Assembly (NCBI GenBank): GCA_025363605.1
Contig: JANYDO010000359.1
Span: 1 to 47,593 of the forward strand
Length of the DNA stretch: 47,593 nt
Direction of reading: 5' to 3'
Source of the DNA: Candidatus Kapaibacterium sp.
GTDB taxonomy: Bacteria; Bacteroidota; Ignavibacteria; Kapaibacteriales; UBA4661
The notes under the pieces were generated by a model that saw only the letters and a program-made list of their open reading frames with translations, did no database searches and was not told the origin of the DNA. The translations under genes were made by a program, and so were the position numbers. The first letter of the stretch is position 1. Every line of letters starts with the position of its first letter. Shown in pieces: positions 28,301 to 38,295 of the stretch.

Positions 28301-31300
28301 CATCCTTTACAGTGGTGAGTGCCACGCAAATCACCGCTACCGTTCCCGGCGGTGTGAGTGCCGGTGCGGTAAGCGTGGTTACACCCAATGGCACGGCAAC
28401 ATCGAGTGCCGTATTTGCACTGCTTATGCCGCCGCCCATTATCACAAATTTCACGCCCACAAGCGGCAGCCCGGGAGCAAGCATCACCATCACGGGACAG
28501 AATTTTGCGGGTACAAACAGTGTTTCCTTTGGCGCGGCACCTGTGGCAGGTTTTACGGTGTCGGCAGACGGTAGAACCATCACGGCAACGGTCGGCACAG
28601 GCTCTAGCGGCTTGGTGAGTGTGGTTACGCCGAATGGCTTGACAAGCTCAAGCGCAGCCTTTACCTATCTTCCGCCCGTTCCTTCAATAACAAGCATTGC
28701 GCCGACGAGCATCAGAGCGGGTGAAGCCTCAACGCTGACGATACAAGGCGCAAATTTGAGCGATGTACGTCTCGGTGGCACCGACGATGCGGGGAACACC
28801 CTCGCGCCGTCGCTGCTTTCTAACACTGCGACAGCTGTTTCTTTCAGCATCATGCCAATTGGTGCGGGTTTGGTGACCTTCACGCTCACTACGCTCGGAG
28901 GCAGTGTGAATGCTCCGCCCGTAACGGTACAATCGCCACGCCCCTTCATTACCGGCTTTTCGCCGACACGGGCGCGGACGGGCGATATGATAACGATTTC
29001 GGGAACAAATTTGGACGCGGCGAGCGCCGTAACGCTTGGCGGAACGCCCGCAAGCATCGTTGTGGGCAGCAATACCTCTACGCGAGTACAAGGAACCGTC
29101 GGCACAGGCGCGTCGGGTGCGGTGCAAGTAACCACGCCCGGCGGCACGGCATCAGCCGCAGCCTCTTTCAGCTTCGATGCTTCAGCTCGTCCGCCGGTAA
29201 TAACGGGATTTTCTCCGGCAAGCGGACCGGCGGGAACGCGAGTAACGATAAGCGGCACAGGCTTTACGCGGGATGGGCTGAATATCGGCATCAATTATTC
29301 CGCTTGGCACGAGATTGTCAGCGTTACGCCAACGGAAATCGTGTTTGTTGTGGGAGCAAATGCACAAGGGCAGACCGGTCGTATTCAAATCTGGTCGGCA
29401 GCAGGGTACACGGAGTCGTCAGGCAATTTTACCTGTACTATTCCGACAACACTGGACGCGCCCATACCGACAAGTCCCGCTAATGCGGCGACGCTAACCA
29501 GTACCACAAGTTACGTAGCAGTTTCTTTTTTATGGAATGCGGCGGTAGCTGCAACAACGTACTCTATTCAAACTTCGCTTGATGCCGGTTTCTCCTCTGC
29601 TCCCAACGCATATACGGCTTTATGGTCGGTCAGTGGCACAATAGCAAATTCATATATTTATACCCCTCGAAGCGGGCAACCGCCTTTGACGACCTACTGG
29701 CGTGTCCGTGCCCTCAATGGCGCTGTGCAAAGCCCCTGGTCAGCAGTGCAGCGGGTCTTGGCTGCACCTCCGGTGCGTATTCTAAGCGTTTCTCCGGCGG
29801 AAATGCAGCAAAGCGCATCGGTAACGATGACAATAACGGGCGAAAGCACGGATTTCACGATTGCCAGAGGTATTTCCCTTATTTTGGGGAGCACAACTAT
29901 CATTGGAGCGCTACAACCCGGGGCAACCCCCACGCAGTGTACGGCATCGTTCACTATTCCGCCGGATGCGCCGCTTGGGTTCTACAGCGTCGTTGTGAGT
30001 GGTGCTCCGTCGGAGGTAAGGCTTCTGAATAGTTTATCCATAACCTCTGCAAGCGGTGAATTAGAGGTTCCCGTTACCACAGGCTTCAATACGCTTGTCC
30101 ACGGCTTTAACTTTTGTAACTGCTCTGATAATATCTGGCCCACTTCGGCATGGAGCAGTATTGATTATACTTCATCGGTGTATCCGACGGCTGTTCGCAC
30201 ATCCGGTGTCAGCACCAGCGTTTTCCCCTCGTTCGATGACTATGCGGCAATCAAAGATTTGAACACGGGTGCCGGTACTTTCTATTCGCCGTTCTATTCC
30301 GATGGTAGCCGTTATCCCGGCTCGTCGCCTAGCGTTGTTAATGCCTCATACATATCACAGTGGTTAGGTTACGGACCCTGGGGTGGCTCGTGCGACGGAA
30401 TGTCGCAGGTGAGTTTGCTGAATTATGCAGGCGTTGCGACGTATCAATTCTCGGGAAGACCGTTTAGCCTAGGTTCAGCGCTCACCAACGACAATTTGCG
30501 AAAACTTATCAATCGTCATCAAAACTGGCAAACATCCGGAGCTTTCGGAGGGGGTGGAGTATCGGTTAATCAAACACTGGCGCAGCTTCGCGCTGATTTG
30601 GCAAGCGGCGACCCGATGCGTCACCGAAGACTTTGGATATCCCCTCAAGATGGCTGCGTAGGTCATGCTATTATCCCCACAGGAATTACCACAAGTAGAA
30701 ATGTGGCGGGGCAGGTTATTGAGCGTATAGCAGTGTATGACGTGAATCTGCCGGGCAACCTCACGCCTTTTGTGGAGGTCAATCGAACACTCAATACGTG
30801 GGTATATCCTCAATATGATAACCCAGCTAGGCGATGGAGCGGTACGACGGGCTTGGGCTTGTCAAACACCGTCGGTGAAATTCGCACCTTTTCCAGCCGC
30901 CCCGGACCGATTGCCACTCTTCAAGACGACCCGCTGCAAAATATCGTTGTCGGCTTTACTTCGCCCTTTCGTACTGCTTCGGGTGTCTCGCTTGCTCCTG
31001 TGGTTCAGCTGACCACTTCACGGGGTGGGCGTATTGCTTCTGAGGGCAGCGATGCCGTGGCGCCAACTATTCCGGGCGCAATGCTGAACAAGACACTTGG
31101 TGGCTTACCGCCGAATTTTACGTCGTCTGTGAGTGGCTTTACCTTCTCCAATGTGCTTGGTTCGGAAGCGTTCACCATCAGCTATACGCCGGTTACACAA
31201 GACCAGTCGAATCGTTTGACAGCAACAGGTGTCTCTGGCTTTATGGCGGTGGATTGGACGGCTTCTTCGACGACGCAATCTCAGTCTATTGTAATAAACA

Positions 31301-32004
31301 CGCAAAACGCTGCTATCACCATGAGCTCGCCCAATTCGCTTTCCGGCATCAATACAACGTATTTTGTCAATGCGCCGTTTCAATCATCTGCTTCGGCATC
31401 GAACAAAAATATTCTTCGCATTGTCAACACAACGCTTGCTGCGGGCGATACGCTGGCGACGAGCGTGGAGAACAGCGCTACCACACTGGTACTATACAGC
31501 AACGCTACTCCTCGCATCTATGACTTACAGCTTGCCCGCGACACAACCTTGCTCACTTTTCCGCGTATTTCGATGGGCGCAAACGAGCAGCATCAAATCC
31601 GCGCTTCCTCGTGGGATAACCTCCGCACCTCACCGATTTACCTTATCATCAGCAAGCGCGGTGCGGCAGCGCAAGGCGCACAGTCACAGGTACTGCAACT
31701 TAATCCCAATGCTAACAACCTGACCGATGTTCGTTCCGGCGGCGGCACAAGCATTGGCACAATGCGTGTCTTTCCGAATCCGGCTTCAACACTTGTTTCG
31801 GTGGAAGCGTCTGTCGGTGCAGCTTCTACGCTGCGTTTGCAGTTGGTCAATATTCTGGGGCAAGTGCTGTGGAGTCGTGAAGAAACGGTGCAAGCAGGCG
31901 CGTATCGCACAGAGATTGATATGACGAATTTTCCTGCCGGCGTGTACATTGTGCGCATTGCGACGGGCGAACACTATCAAACTGCAAGGATTGTCAAGCC
32001 GTAA
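25354..32004 (+). CDS. Large T9SS-secreted protein with about 15-16 IPT/TIG repeats, an FN3-like domain, a putative Cys-His-Asp enzymatic domain and a type A CTD
   Basis: Start ATG 25354 after GGAG gives a signal peptide. Repeats PxIxxFxPxSGxxGxxVxIxGxNF; C-terminal MRVFPNPAS...GVYIVRI...TARIVKP. Confidence 0.88.
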   Translation: MIMLFRFFRPRTIPLVLLLSVCCVVLGLAQTAPTISSISPTSAPTAYSEIDPITVNVMNVMPFISGSSGFGEIRYVLSNSRGDSLYGGKVSRPSSTFLFPLETPYSGPVKVFVSSLSNPINGVFQSLAPGDVFIRIIGQNGRSNSAIFTYTDMSIVSFSPSSGPPGTVVTLNVRDGVPINNSNGLGSFRVLQVNSRGDTTAIGYDGSLPLTSRVYNGPFQVTVPPIFYPIRGSSYPTPSGPLTITLSGGRYNSVNPIGSISGGTASVVFTVTAPTPPLPIITSFTPASGTVGTLVTLTGTGFRFAGGRQIQSVQFGSGAVVTGESIGAQTETQLVVLVPPGAQTGPITMTDNSGRRITTTTPFTVIPPVPTISGFSPTSGMTGALVSIIGTNFTGATSVRFGGLSANLFDVNTDGTLIAVTVPALASSGTISVTTPGGTATSANGFTISAPAPTITAFTPTGGIPGAVITISGTNFTGATAVRLGGINVPFTAISPTQITATVTDAGGSGVITVITPSGTATSGTSFTFMLPSPVISSFTPTSGGIGTSVVLSGSNFTTVSRVFFGSFSAQAFSIDSDTQITAIVPNFVTTATIILQSPRGTAISATPFTYVPGAPIISGITPTGAPAETLITIQGSGLTGATNVLFTSTTFPSGISVTPTVVSDRIIRVSVPISASSGPVTVTTPRGTVTSAFDFVVTLVVNARYFTPASGAVGTNVVVSGSQLAGATSVRFGDVEAPILSNTDSQIQTRVPAVVSGRVPIIVRTPSGVGTPPYALFSVSATPSLTGFAPASGAVLASVVLTGSNFTGATAVKFGSTPATAFTVNSGTQITATVPADAATGVISVVTPSGTAASGAPFTIITAPNIVRLSPGSGSVGTTLAIVGVGFTGVSSVSIGAALMTFTVNSDGQITATLPAGALAGIVSVTTPGGTARSASPFTILPPTPTISGFAPPSALAGAVITINGTNFTGATAVSFGTTPAASFTVVSATQITATVPGGVSAGAVSVVTPNGTATSSAVFALLMPPPIITNFTPTSGSPGASITITGQNFAGTNSVSFGAAPVAGFTVSADGRTITATVGTGSSGLVSVVTPNGLTSSSAAFTYLPPVPSITSIAPTSIRAGEASTLTIQGANLSDVRLGGTDDAGNTLAPSLLSNTATAVSFSIMPIGAGLVTFTLTTLGGSVNAPPVTVQSPRPFITGFSPTRARTGDMITISGTNLDAASAVTLGGTPASIVVGSNTSTRVQGTVGTGASGAVQVTTPGGTASAAASFSFDASARPPVITGFSPASGPAGTRVTISGTGFTRDGLNIGINYSAWHEIVSVTPTEIVFVVGANAQGQTGRIQIWSAAGYTESSGNFTCTIPTTLDAPIPTSPANAATLTSTTSYVAVSFLWNAAVAATTYSIQTSLDAGFSSAPNAYTALWSVSGTIANSYIYTPRSGQPPLTTYWRVRALNGAVQSPWSAVQRVLAAPPVRILSVSPAEMQQSASVTMTITGESTDFTIARGISLILGSTTIIGALQPGATPTQCTASFTIPPDAPLGFYSVVVSGAPSEVRLLNSLSITSASGELEVPVTTGFNTLVHGFNFCNCSDNIWPTSAWSSIDYTSSVYPTAVRTSGVSTSVFPSFDDYAAIKDLNTGAGTFYSPFYSDGSRYPGSSPSVVNASYISQWLGYGPWGGSCDGMSQVSLLNYAGVATYQFSGRPFSLGSALTNDNLRKLINRHQNWQTSGAFGGGGVSVNQTLAQLRADLASGDPMRHRRLWISPQDGCVGHAIIPTGITTSRNVAGQVIERIAVYDVNLPGNLTPFVEVNRTLNTWVYPQYDNPARRWSGTTGLGLSNTVGEIRTFSSRPGPIATLQDDPLQNIVVGFTSPFRTASGVSLAPVVQLTTSRGGRIASEGSDAVAPTIPGAMLNKTLGGLPPNFTSSVSGFTFSNVLGSEAFTISYTPVTQDQSNRLTATGVSGFMAVDWTASSTTQSQSIVINTQNAAITMSSPNSLSGINTTYFVNAPFQSSASASNKNILRIVNTTLAAGDTLATSVENSATTLVLYSNATPRIYDLQLARDTTLLTFPRISMGANEQHQIRASSWDNLRTSPIYLIISKRGAAAQGAQSQVLQLNPNANNLTDVRSGGGTSIGTMRVFPNPASTLVSVEASVGAASTLRLQLVNILGQVLWSREETVQAGAYRTEIDMTNFPAGVYIVRIATGEHYQTARIVKP

Positions 32005-32060
32005 GAAACAGAATACGGCTTTTGGCGAAGGTTACAATCAAGCCTGAAAAACTTCCGTCG

Positions 32061-32098
32061 TCCCCACGAAACACATTATTGCTCGTGGGGATTTTTTT
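32061..32098 (+). terminator. Rho-independent terminator
   Basis: TCCCCACGA/TCGTGGGGA stem followed by T7. Confidence 0.75.
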
Positions 32099-32191
32099 GT
32101 AAATTTGCAACGTAATTTTTTGTTTGCCCTACAACGTATTGTAGTATTGTATTGCAGCAAACGTCTGTGTTTCACCAATTTCAAAACTACT

Positions 32192-34057
32192 ATGACCGAT
32201 ACACTTCACACCGCCGAACAGTACGAATACAAAGCCGAGATGAAGCAACTGCTTCACCTCATCGTGCATTCGCTCTACACGCATCCCGAAGTTTTTGTGC
32301 GCGAACTCATCTCCAATGCTTCCGATGCGCTCAATAAAGCGCGTTTTCGCCAGCTCACCGACAAAACAATGCTGGACGTGGACGCACCGCTCGAAGTGCG
32401 CATCACGCTTGATTCCGCCGCGCATACCGTTACGATTGAAGACACCGGAATCGGTATGACCAAAGACGATTTGGTCGGCAAACTGGGTACGGTGGCGAGT
32501 TCGGGGACGCTGGAATTTATCAATTCGCTCAAAGCACAGGGCGGAACGCTGGATGGCAATATGATTGGGCAGTTTGGTGTTGGGTTTTATGCGGTGTTCA
32601 TGGTTGCCGATGATGTAACCGTCGAGACACGCCATGCAAACGCTGATTCGGTTGGGCTGCGCTGGAAGTCCGACGGGCAGGGCAGTTTCACGATTGAAGA
32701 AATCGAAAAGCCAACGCGCGGCACACGCATTTCCTTCACGCTCAAAGAATCCGCGTACGAATTTAGCGAGGAATACCGCTTCAAATCTATCATTCAGAAG
32801 TATTCCAATTTTGTGGAATTCCCGATTCTGATTGGAAAACCGGGCGAAGCGGGTGAAAAAGCCAATAATATTCGCGCGCTCTGGCAGATGCCGAAAGAAA
32901 GCGTCACAGCCGACGACGCGAATGAGTTTTACAAATTCCTTAGCAATGATTACCAGAACCCGCTTGGGTACACGCATCTGAGCATCGAGGGTTCGGTTAA
33001 TTTCAAAGCATTGGTGTTTATTCCCGAAACAGCGCCCATGCGCCCGCTCACCTTCGACCAAGACAAATCCTTGCACCTCTACACGAACAAAGTATTGATT
33101 GAGGAAAACTGCAAGCAGCTTTTGCCTGACTATCTCCGTTTTGCGCGGGGTGTGGTCGATACGGACGACTTACCGCTCAATGTCTCGCGCGAAATCACGC
33201 AGACGAGCCCTCAGATGACGAAAATCAACAACGTCATCACAGGCAAGATTCTGAGCCTGCTTCAGGACTGGGCAGCGAATGATGCCGACAAATACGCGAA
33301 GTTCTATAAAGCATTTGGCAGTCAGTTCAAAATCGGTGTGAATAGTGACTACACGAACCGTGAGAAAATTGTTCAACTGCTCAGATTCGATTCCACCACG
33401 ACGGAAAAAGGAACGCTCGTTTCGCTGAAGGATTACGCGGGGCGCATGAAACCTGAGCAGAAAGAGATTTACTACCTTGCGGGCGAACATCGTGAAACGA
33501 TGCTGAACAATCCCAATCTGGAGTATTTCCGCAAGCACGACATTGAGGTTTTGCTGCTCACCGACCCTGTTGATATTATCGTGGTGCCGTCTATTCCTGA
33601 GTTTGAGGGCAAAAAAGTACAATCCATTGACAAAGCAGACCTGAGCGCGAATGAATCTTCCGAAGAAAAAGAACCGTCAATGACGGATTCCGTCTTGCTT
33701 GCGCTCTTCAAAGACGTATTAGCCGAGAAAGTAGAAGATGTCGTGCCGTCCAAACGCCTTGTGGATTCAGCAGTAACGCTGGTCGTGGGCAAAGAGGGAT
33801 TGGATGTGCAGATGGAACGGATGATGAAAATGCTTGACAAGGATTTTCAAGGCGGGCGTAAGCTCTTGGAAGTGAATATGGAACATCCGCTTATCAAAAA
33901 CTTAGCGCGTCTGCAACTTGCCGATGCAGGGAATCCGGCACTTCGGCAATACATTCTGCATCTTTACGAAGGAGCATTGCTAATTGAAGGAAATATGCCG
34001 TCTCCGGCGCTTTTCGTGCGACGCATGACGGAAATTATGACCGATGCGACGAAATAA
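32192..34057 (+). CDS. htpG: Molecular chaperone HtpG (Hsp90)
   Basis: FVRELISNASDA, DTGIGM, IGQFGVGFY, DLPLNVSRE and LEVNMEHPLI; start ATG 32192. Confidence 0.97.
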   Translation: MTDTLHTAEQYEYKAEMKQLLHLIVHSLYTHPEVFVRELISNASDALNKARFRQLTDKTMLDVDAPLEVRITLDSAAHTVTIEDTGIGMTKDDLVGKLGTVASSGTLEFINSLKAQGGTLDGNMIGQFGVGFYAVFMVADDVTVETRHANADSVGLRWKSDGQGSFTIEEIEKPTRGTRISFTLKESAYEFSEEYRFKSIIQKYSNFVEFPILIGKPGEAGEKANNIRALWQMPKESVTADDANEFYKFLSNDYQNPLGYTHLSIEGSVNFKALVFIPETAPMRPLTFDQDKSLHLYTNKVLIEENCKQLLPDYLRFARGVVDTDDLPLNVSREITQTSPQMTKINNVITGKILSLLQDWAANDADKYAKFYKAFGSQFKIGVNSDYTNREKIVQLLRFDSTTTEKGTLVSLKDYAGRMKPEQKEIYYLAGEHRETMLNNPNLEYFRKHDIEVLLLTDPVDIIVVPSIPEFEGKKVQSIDKADLSANESSEEKEPSMTDSVLLALFKDVLAEKVEDVVPSKRLVDSAVTLVVGKEGLDVQMERMMKMLDKDFQGGRKLLEVNMEHPLIKNLARLQLADAGNPALRQYILHLYEGALLIEGNMPSPALFVRRMTEIMTDATK

Positions 34058-34082
34058 CCAAACGACTCCCACAAATACAAGT

Positions 34083-34120
34083 AAAAAACCCACAAGGCGC
34101 AGTGCATCTTGTGGGTTTTT
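34083..34120. terminator. Bidirectional terminator between convergent genes
   Basis: A6-CCCACAAG...CTTGTGGG-T5. Confidence 0.85.
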
Positions 34121-34133
34121 CGTTTGTCGTCTG

Positions 34134-34490
34134 TTATTGATAGCGAACCAATCGCGCTCTTACGGTGCGAATCGTCCATTCCGGTCCGGGCGGTGAAGCA
34201 AAGCGAGCATCCATTTCGCCAATTATCACGGCGTTTGCGCCACGCAATTTCGCCTCAAAAATCATTTGCTGCTCCATCTCCGGCGTAATCACGCTTTCGG
34301 TTGTTTCGAGCAGAATCTCGCCCATAAATTCATACTTCGGCGACTTGACATCTTTTTCCGCATAGACCACATCTATCGTCTGCACAGGCGGATACATTCG
34401 CCCGACGTGGTGCAGACGCACAACGGCACAGCTCGTGAGAACGCTTGCGCTGAAAGCAAGGATGAGAGCGACTTTGAGAAGTGTGTGCAT
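34134..34490 (-). CDS. Small lipoprotein (YbjQ/heavy-metal-binding-like fold suspected)
   Basis: MHTLLKVALILAFSASVLTS-C lipobox; EAKLRGANAVII motif. Confidence 0.65.
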   Translation of the reverse strand: MHTLLKVALILAFSASVLTSCAVVRLHHVGRMYPPVQTIDVVYAEKDVKSPKYEFMGEILLETTESVITPEMEQQMIFEAKLRGANAVIIGEMDARFASPPGPEWTIRTVRARLVRYQ

Positions 34491-34629
34491 AATCGTTTTG
34501 GGTACAAAAAAGTGAAGAACAAGATTTGTAGAAAAAAGCATTCAAGCGGGCAAAGGTTACACGCCGGCAATCAAACCAATCTGAAATTTTTCACCATGAT
34601 AAGTCCTCACCAAGAACAGAAACAAAAGA

Positions 34630-34667
34630 AAAAAGCCTGACAAGAAGACACTGCCGTCAGGCTTTTT
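34630..34667 (-). terminator. Terminator downstream of glgA
   Basis: AAAAAGCCTGAC...GTCAGGCTTTTT inverted repeat. Confidence 0.7.
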
Positions 34668-34678
34668 GATGAATTGCG

Positions 34679-36154
34679 TCAATGCGGAATTTTTTCCTGC
34701 GCCCAATAGAACACGTCAATATAGCGCTGGGCGCACAGCAGCGACGAGTGATTCGCCATCATACCGTTTTTGACCAAGCGCAGCCAGTGTTCTTTTTGGA
34801 AATAGGTTTCGATAGCCCGATGGACGGCATAGCCCATTTCTCCGGCGTTGTAGTCGTCGAAAACGAAGCCGTTGCCCTCCCCGCTTGATTTATTGTACTC
34901 GCTGATGGTATCTGCCAAGCCGCCCACATTCCGCACCACAGGCACAGTACCGTATTTGAGACTGTACATCTGGTTCAAGCCGCACGGCTCAAAAAGCGAG
35001 GGCATGAGGTAGATGTCCGACGCAGCTTCCACGCGGTGCGAAAGGTTGTCGTTGTAGCCAAGATAAATCAAAGCGCGATTGCCGTACTTTTGGCGAATAT
35101 GGCGGAAGTAGCTTTCGTACTGCTCCGCGCCGGAGCCAAGTAGCGCAAAGCGCACAGGGTAATTTTGCAAGATACCTTCCAGCGCATTTTCCACAAGCGG
35201 GATGCCTTTTTGGTCGGTCAAGCGCGTCACCATGCCGATAATGGGCATATCTTCGTACATTTCATTGTCATTCAGCCCCCAATCTTTCAGGAAGCGATAT
35301 TTATTGGTCATCTTGCCTTCAAGATGGCTGACAGAATAAGGCGCATAGATTTTATCATCTACTTCGGGATTCCAAACGCTATAGTCAACGCCGTTCAGAA
35401 TACCGATAAAATCCCCCGCACGTGCATTGATGGTGTTTTGCAGTCCGTAGCCTTCTTTTGTATTGCGCACCTCTGCGGCATAGCGCGGACTGACGGTAGT
35501 GATCTTATCAGCAAAGAAAATCCCGATTTGCATGGAATTGACCACGCCGTGCGATTCAAACCACGAACCTTGATAAAATTCATTCATTCCAAAGCCTGCA
35601 AACGGCATGGCGCGGCGCGGGTCGAACTGTCCCTGAAAGACCATGTTGTGAATGGCATACACGCCTGCGGTTCGTCCGAAGAAGCTCGTCATGCGATAAT
35701 GAATCTTGAGCATCGGCATCGTGAAGGCAGTGTGATAGTCATTCGCAAAAATGATGTCCGGGCGGAAATTGAGTACCTTTGCGGTCTCGAAGACAGCACG
35801 GCAGAGAAAAATAAAACGGCGATCGTTATCGCCGAAGCCGTCGGGATTGCCATATATGCCCATGCGGTCGAAATAGTCAGCATTTTCAAGAAAATAGACT
35901 GGCACAGTTGTTCCGGGAAGCGTTCCTTTCCAGAGGCGGGCGTATTCTGTCCACCAGTCAATCGGTACCGGCACAATAATATCCGTGCGTTGGATGTTCC
36001 ATTTGTGAACGTCAATATTCGCATATTTCGGCATAACGATAATCACGTTATGACCAAGCTGCTCCCAGTCTTTCGGGAGCGCGCCGCACACGTCGCCAAG
36101 CCCCCCGACTTTGGCAAACGGAAACACTTCAGCGGAAGTAAGCAAAATGTTCAT
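34679..36154 (-). CDS. glgA: Glycogen synthase
   Basis: EVFPFAKVGGLGDV (KxGGL), GILNGVDY, RLTDQKG and PSLFEPCGLNQMYS; start ATG 36154. Confidence 0.95.
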   Translation of the reverse strand: MNILLTSAEVFPFAKVGGLGDVCGALPKDWEQLGHNVIIVMPKYANIDVHKWNIQRTDIIVPVPIDWWTEYARLWKGTLPGTTVPVYFLENADYFDRMGIYGNPDGFGDNDRRFIFLCRAVFETAKVLNFRPDIIFANDYHTAFTMPMLKIHYRMTSFFGRTAGVYAIHNMVFQGQFDPRRAMPFAGFGMNEFYQGSWFESHGVVNSMQIGIFFADKITTVSPRYAAEVRNTKEGYGLQNTINARAGDFIGILNGVDYSVWNPEVDDKIYAPYSVSHLEGKMTNKYRFLKDWGLNDNEMYEDMPIIGMVTRLTDQKGIPLVENALEGILQNYPVRFALLGSGAEQYESYFRHIRQKYGNRALIYLGYNDNLSHRVEAASDIYLMPSLFEPCGLNQMYSLKYGTVPVVRNVGGLADTISEYNKSSGEGNGFVFDDYNAGEMGYAVHRAIETYFQKEHWLRLVKNGMMANHSSLLCAQRYIDVFYWAQEKIPH

Positions 36155-36275
36155 AGAGCGGAGGAAAGTAAGGTAAAAAGGGGTTTGCGGATAGGAAAAA
36201 GTTGCGGGGCTGAAAAATAGCAGAAAGGTATAGTCCACGTTCAGCATGGGCTATACCTTTCTGCAAATACAGTCT

Positions 36276-37346
36276 TTACGCAATCGTTACATCATTGCAC
36301 AAATACACATCTTGGATGGTATTGAGCAGTTTCGCGCCTTCTGCCATCGGACGTTGGAACGCTTTCCGTCCCGAAATCAAGCCCATACCGCCCGCACGTT
36401 TGTTCACCACAGCCGTCATCGTTGCTTCAGCGAAGTCATTGCTACCCGATGCGCCGCCACTATTGATAAGTCCTGTGCGCCCCATGTAGCAATTCGCTAC
36501 TTGGTAACGGCAGAGGTCAATCGGGTGGTCGCTGCTGAGTTCGGTGTACATCCGCTCGTCAAGTTTGCCGTAGCTGGAATTGCCCATATTCAACGACTTG
36601 TAGCCACCGTTATTTTCCGGCAATTTTTGCTTGATAATGTCCGCTTGAATCGTCACGCCGAGGTGATTTGCTTGTCCCGTCAGGTCGGCTGAGACATGGT
36701 AATCTTTGTCCGATTTGAAAGCGTTATTGCGAACGTAGCACCAGAGAATTGTTCCCATGCCGAATTCATGCGCTGCGGCGAATGCTTGGGAAACTTCCAC
36801 AATCTGACGACCGCTTTCGGCGGAGCCAAAATAAATCGTTGCGCCCACAGCCGCTGCACCCATTTCATAGCATTGTTTAATCGTGCCGTACATGATTTGG
36901 TCGGCTTTGTTCGGGTAGGTCAAAAGCTCATTGTGATTGATTTTGACCACAAACGGAATTTTGTGCGCGTATTTGCGCGAAACAATACCAAGCACGCCGA
37001 AGGTAGAAGCAACCGCATTGCAGCCGCCTTCGATGGCGAGTTTGACGATGTTTTCGGGGTCGAAATATGCCGGATTTTTTGCGAAACTCGCGCCTGCGGA
37101 GTGTTCGATACCCTGGTCAACAGGCAAAATCGAGGTGTAGCCTGTGCCGGCGAGCCGTCCGGTGTCAGCAATCCATTGCAGATTGCGCAGAACACGGTTA
37201 TTGCGGTCAGAGCCGATAAATTCACGGCTGACAGCATCGCCGCTTGGCAGGTGCAGTTGGTCTTTGCTAATGGTTTTGCTGGTGTGATTCAGCAAGTAGT
37301 CGGCTTTATCGCCCAAGTGCTGACGAATTTGGTCAATCATTGCCAT
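36276..37346 (-). CDS. fbaB: Class I fructose-bisphosphate aldolase (DhnA type)
   Basis: [34 protein letters not shown] and [12 protein letters not shown]. Confidence 0.95.
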   Translation of the reverse strand: MAMIDQIRQHLGDKADYLLNHTSKTISKDQLHLPSGDAVSREFIGSDRNNRVLRNLQWIADTGRLAGTGYTSILPVDQGIEHSAGASFAKNPAYFDPENIVKLAIEGGCNAVASTFGVLGIVSRKYAHKIPFVVKINHNELLTYPNKADQIMYGTIKQCYEMGAAAVGATIYFGSAESGRQIVEVSQAFAAAHEFGMGTILWCYVRNNAFKSDKDYHVSADLTGQANHLGVTIQADIIKQKLPENNGGYKSLNMGNSSYGKLDERMYTELSSDHPIDLCRYQVANCYMGRTGLINSGGASGSNDFAEATMTAVVNKRAGGMGLISGRKAFQRPMAEGAKLLNTIQDVYLCNDVTIA

Positions 37347-37601
37347 AGCGAAACACTCCTTATAGTGTGAAGGTAAAAAAGTGAAGAAAATATCGTTTCA
37401 AAACTGGGGCAAAAATACGAAAAAGATACGCCTTTGCTCAAGCAATTCTGTCAAATAGTTCAAAGCCATCCAATATATCATTTGAATACTGTGAGTCGCT
37501 TAGATGCTCACTTTTATATATGAAGGCTTGTAAGTCTCAAGTATGGGGCAATAAGATTTGAAGTTTATTTTGAAAAATTGCCATACCTATTGCGCAGCGC
37601 T

Positions 37602-37619
37602 TTTAACAAATCTTTAACA
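37602..37619 (+). promoter_or_regulatory. Candidate tandem regulator box (TTTAACA twice, 11-bp period)
   Basis: TTTAACA at 37602-37608 and 37613-37619 in the divergent fbaB/37744 intergenic region. Confidence 0.35.
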
Positions 37620-37743
37620 GCCACGGCTTAAACTTCTGCATAGCGCTTGCAATCTCACTATCAGTATCACAAAGCAACGCCTATAAGAAAACGTTGCACC
37701 ACTTTCAGTTTTTTTTATCATCTATTTTTAGGGAGTTTTCACC

Positions 37744-38220
37744 ATGAAAACCAGCATCAATTCCACCGCCGTCGCATATACGCCCGACGCACCGGCACAA
37801 ACGCTTCGCCACACACTTTCGGCAGCAATCCTTGTTTTGATGGGACTTGTGCTTGTGGCAACGGGTCTTTTCGCGCAACCGCCGGCACCACCGGAAGGAA
37901 AAGGTCCACGCATAGCACCGGAGAAAATGGCAGAGCGCCGTACTGACCATTTGAAAAAAGCGCTCAATCTCACGAGCGAGCAGGTCAGCAAAATTCAGCC
38001 CATTATTCTCAAAAGCACACAGCAAGGACAGAAGATGGCTGAAGACGACAGAAAAGCCTTTGCTCAATCCATGAAGACCAATATGGAAGCCACCGATAAA
38101 GAAATCAGCGCGGTGCTGACGGCAGACCAACAGAAAAAATTCGAGGAAATGCGCGGCAAAATGAAAGCGAAAATGGAAGAGCGCATGAGCAAACGTATGG
38201 AGAAAAAAGCCGGTAAATAA
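37744..38220 (+). CDS. Periplasmic Spy/CpxP-like (LTxxQ) protein
   Basis: Signal peptide ending GLFA-Q; LNLTSEQ and VLTADQQKKF motifs; Met/Lys/Glu-rich helices. Confidence 0.75.
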   Translation: MKTSINSTAVAYTPDAPAQTLRHTLSAAILVLMGLVLVATGLFAQPPAPPEGKGPRIAPEKMAERRTDHLKKALNLTSEQVSKIQPIILKSTQQGQKMAEDDRKAFAQSMKTNMEATDKEISAVLTADQQKKFEEMRGKMKAKMEERMSKRMEKKAGK

Positions 38221-38245
38221 ATTTTTATCCGTCATTGACGGGCAT

Positions 38246-38295
38246 ACTCCCTGTTCGATACGCTTCTTGCCAAGCGCTATTGAGCAGGGAGTTTT
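38246..38295 (+). terminator. Probable terminator
   Basis: ACTCCCTGTTCGATA...TATTGAGCAGGGAGT stem followed by a T-tract. Confidence 0.6.

Noticed and set aside
26337-29294. Long minus-strand ORFs (273, 376 and 209 aa) opposite the IPT/TIG gene
   Set aside because: Antisense shadows of a repetitive Thr/Gly/Ser/Val-rich coding strand, with no independent motifs.
32005-32191. CIRCE heat-shock operator upstream of htpG
   Set aside because: No TTAGCACTC-N9-GAGTGCTAA; the only inverted repeat is a terminator.
35165-37370. Plus-strand ORFs of 351, 148 and 224 aa
   Set aside because: Antisense to glgA and fbaB; no recognisable domains.
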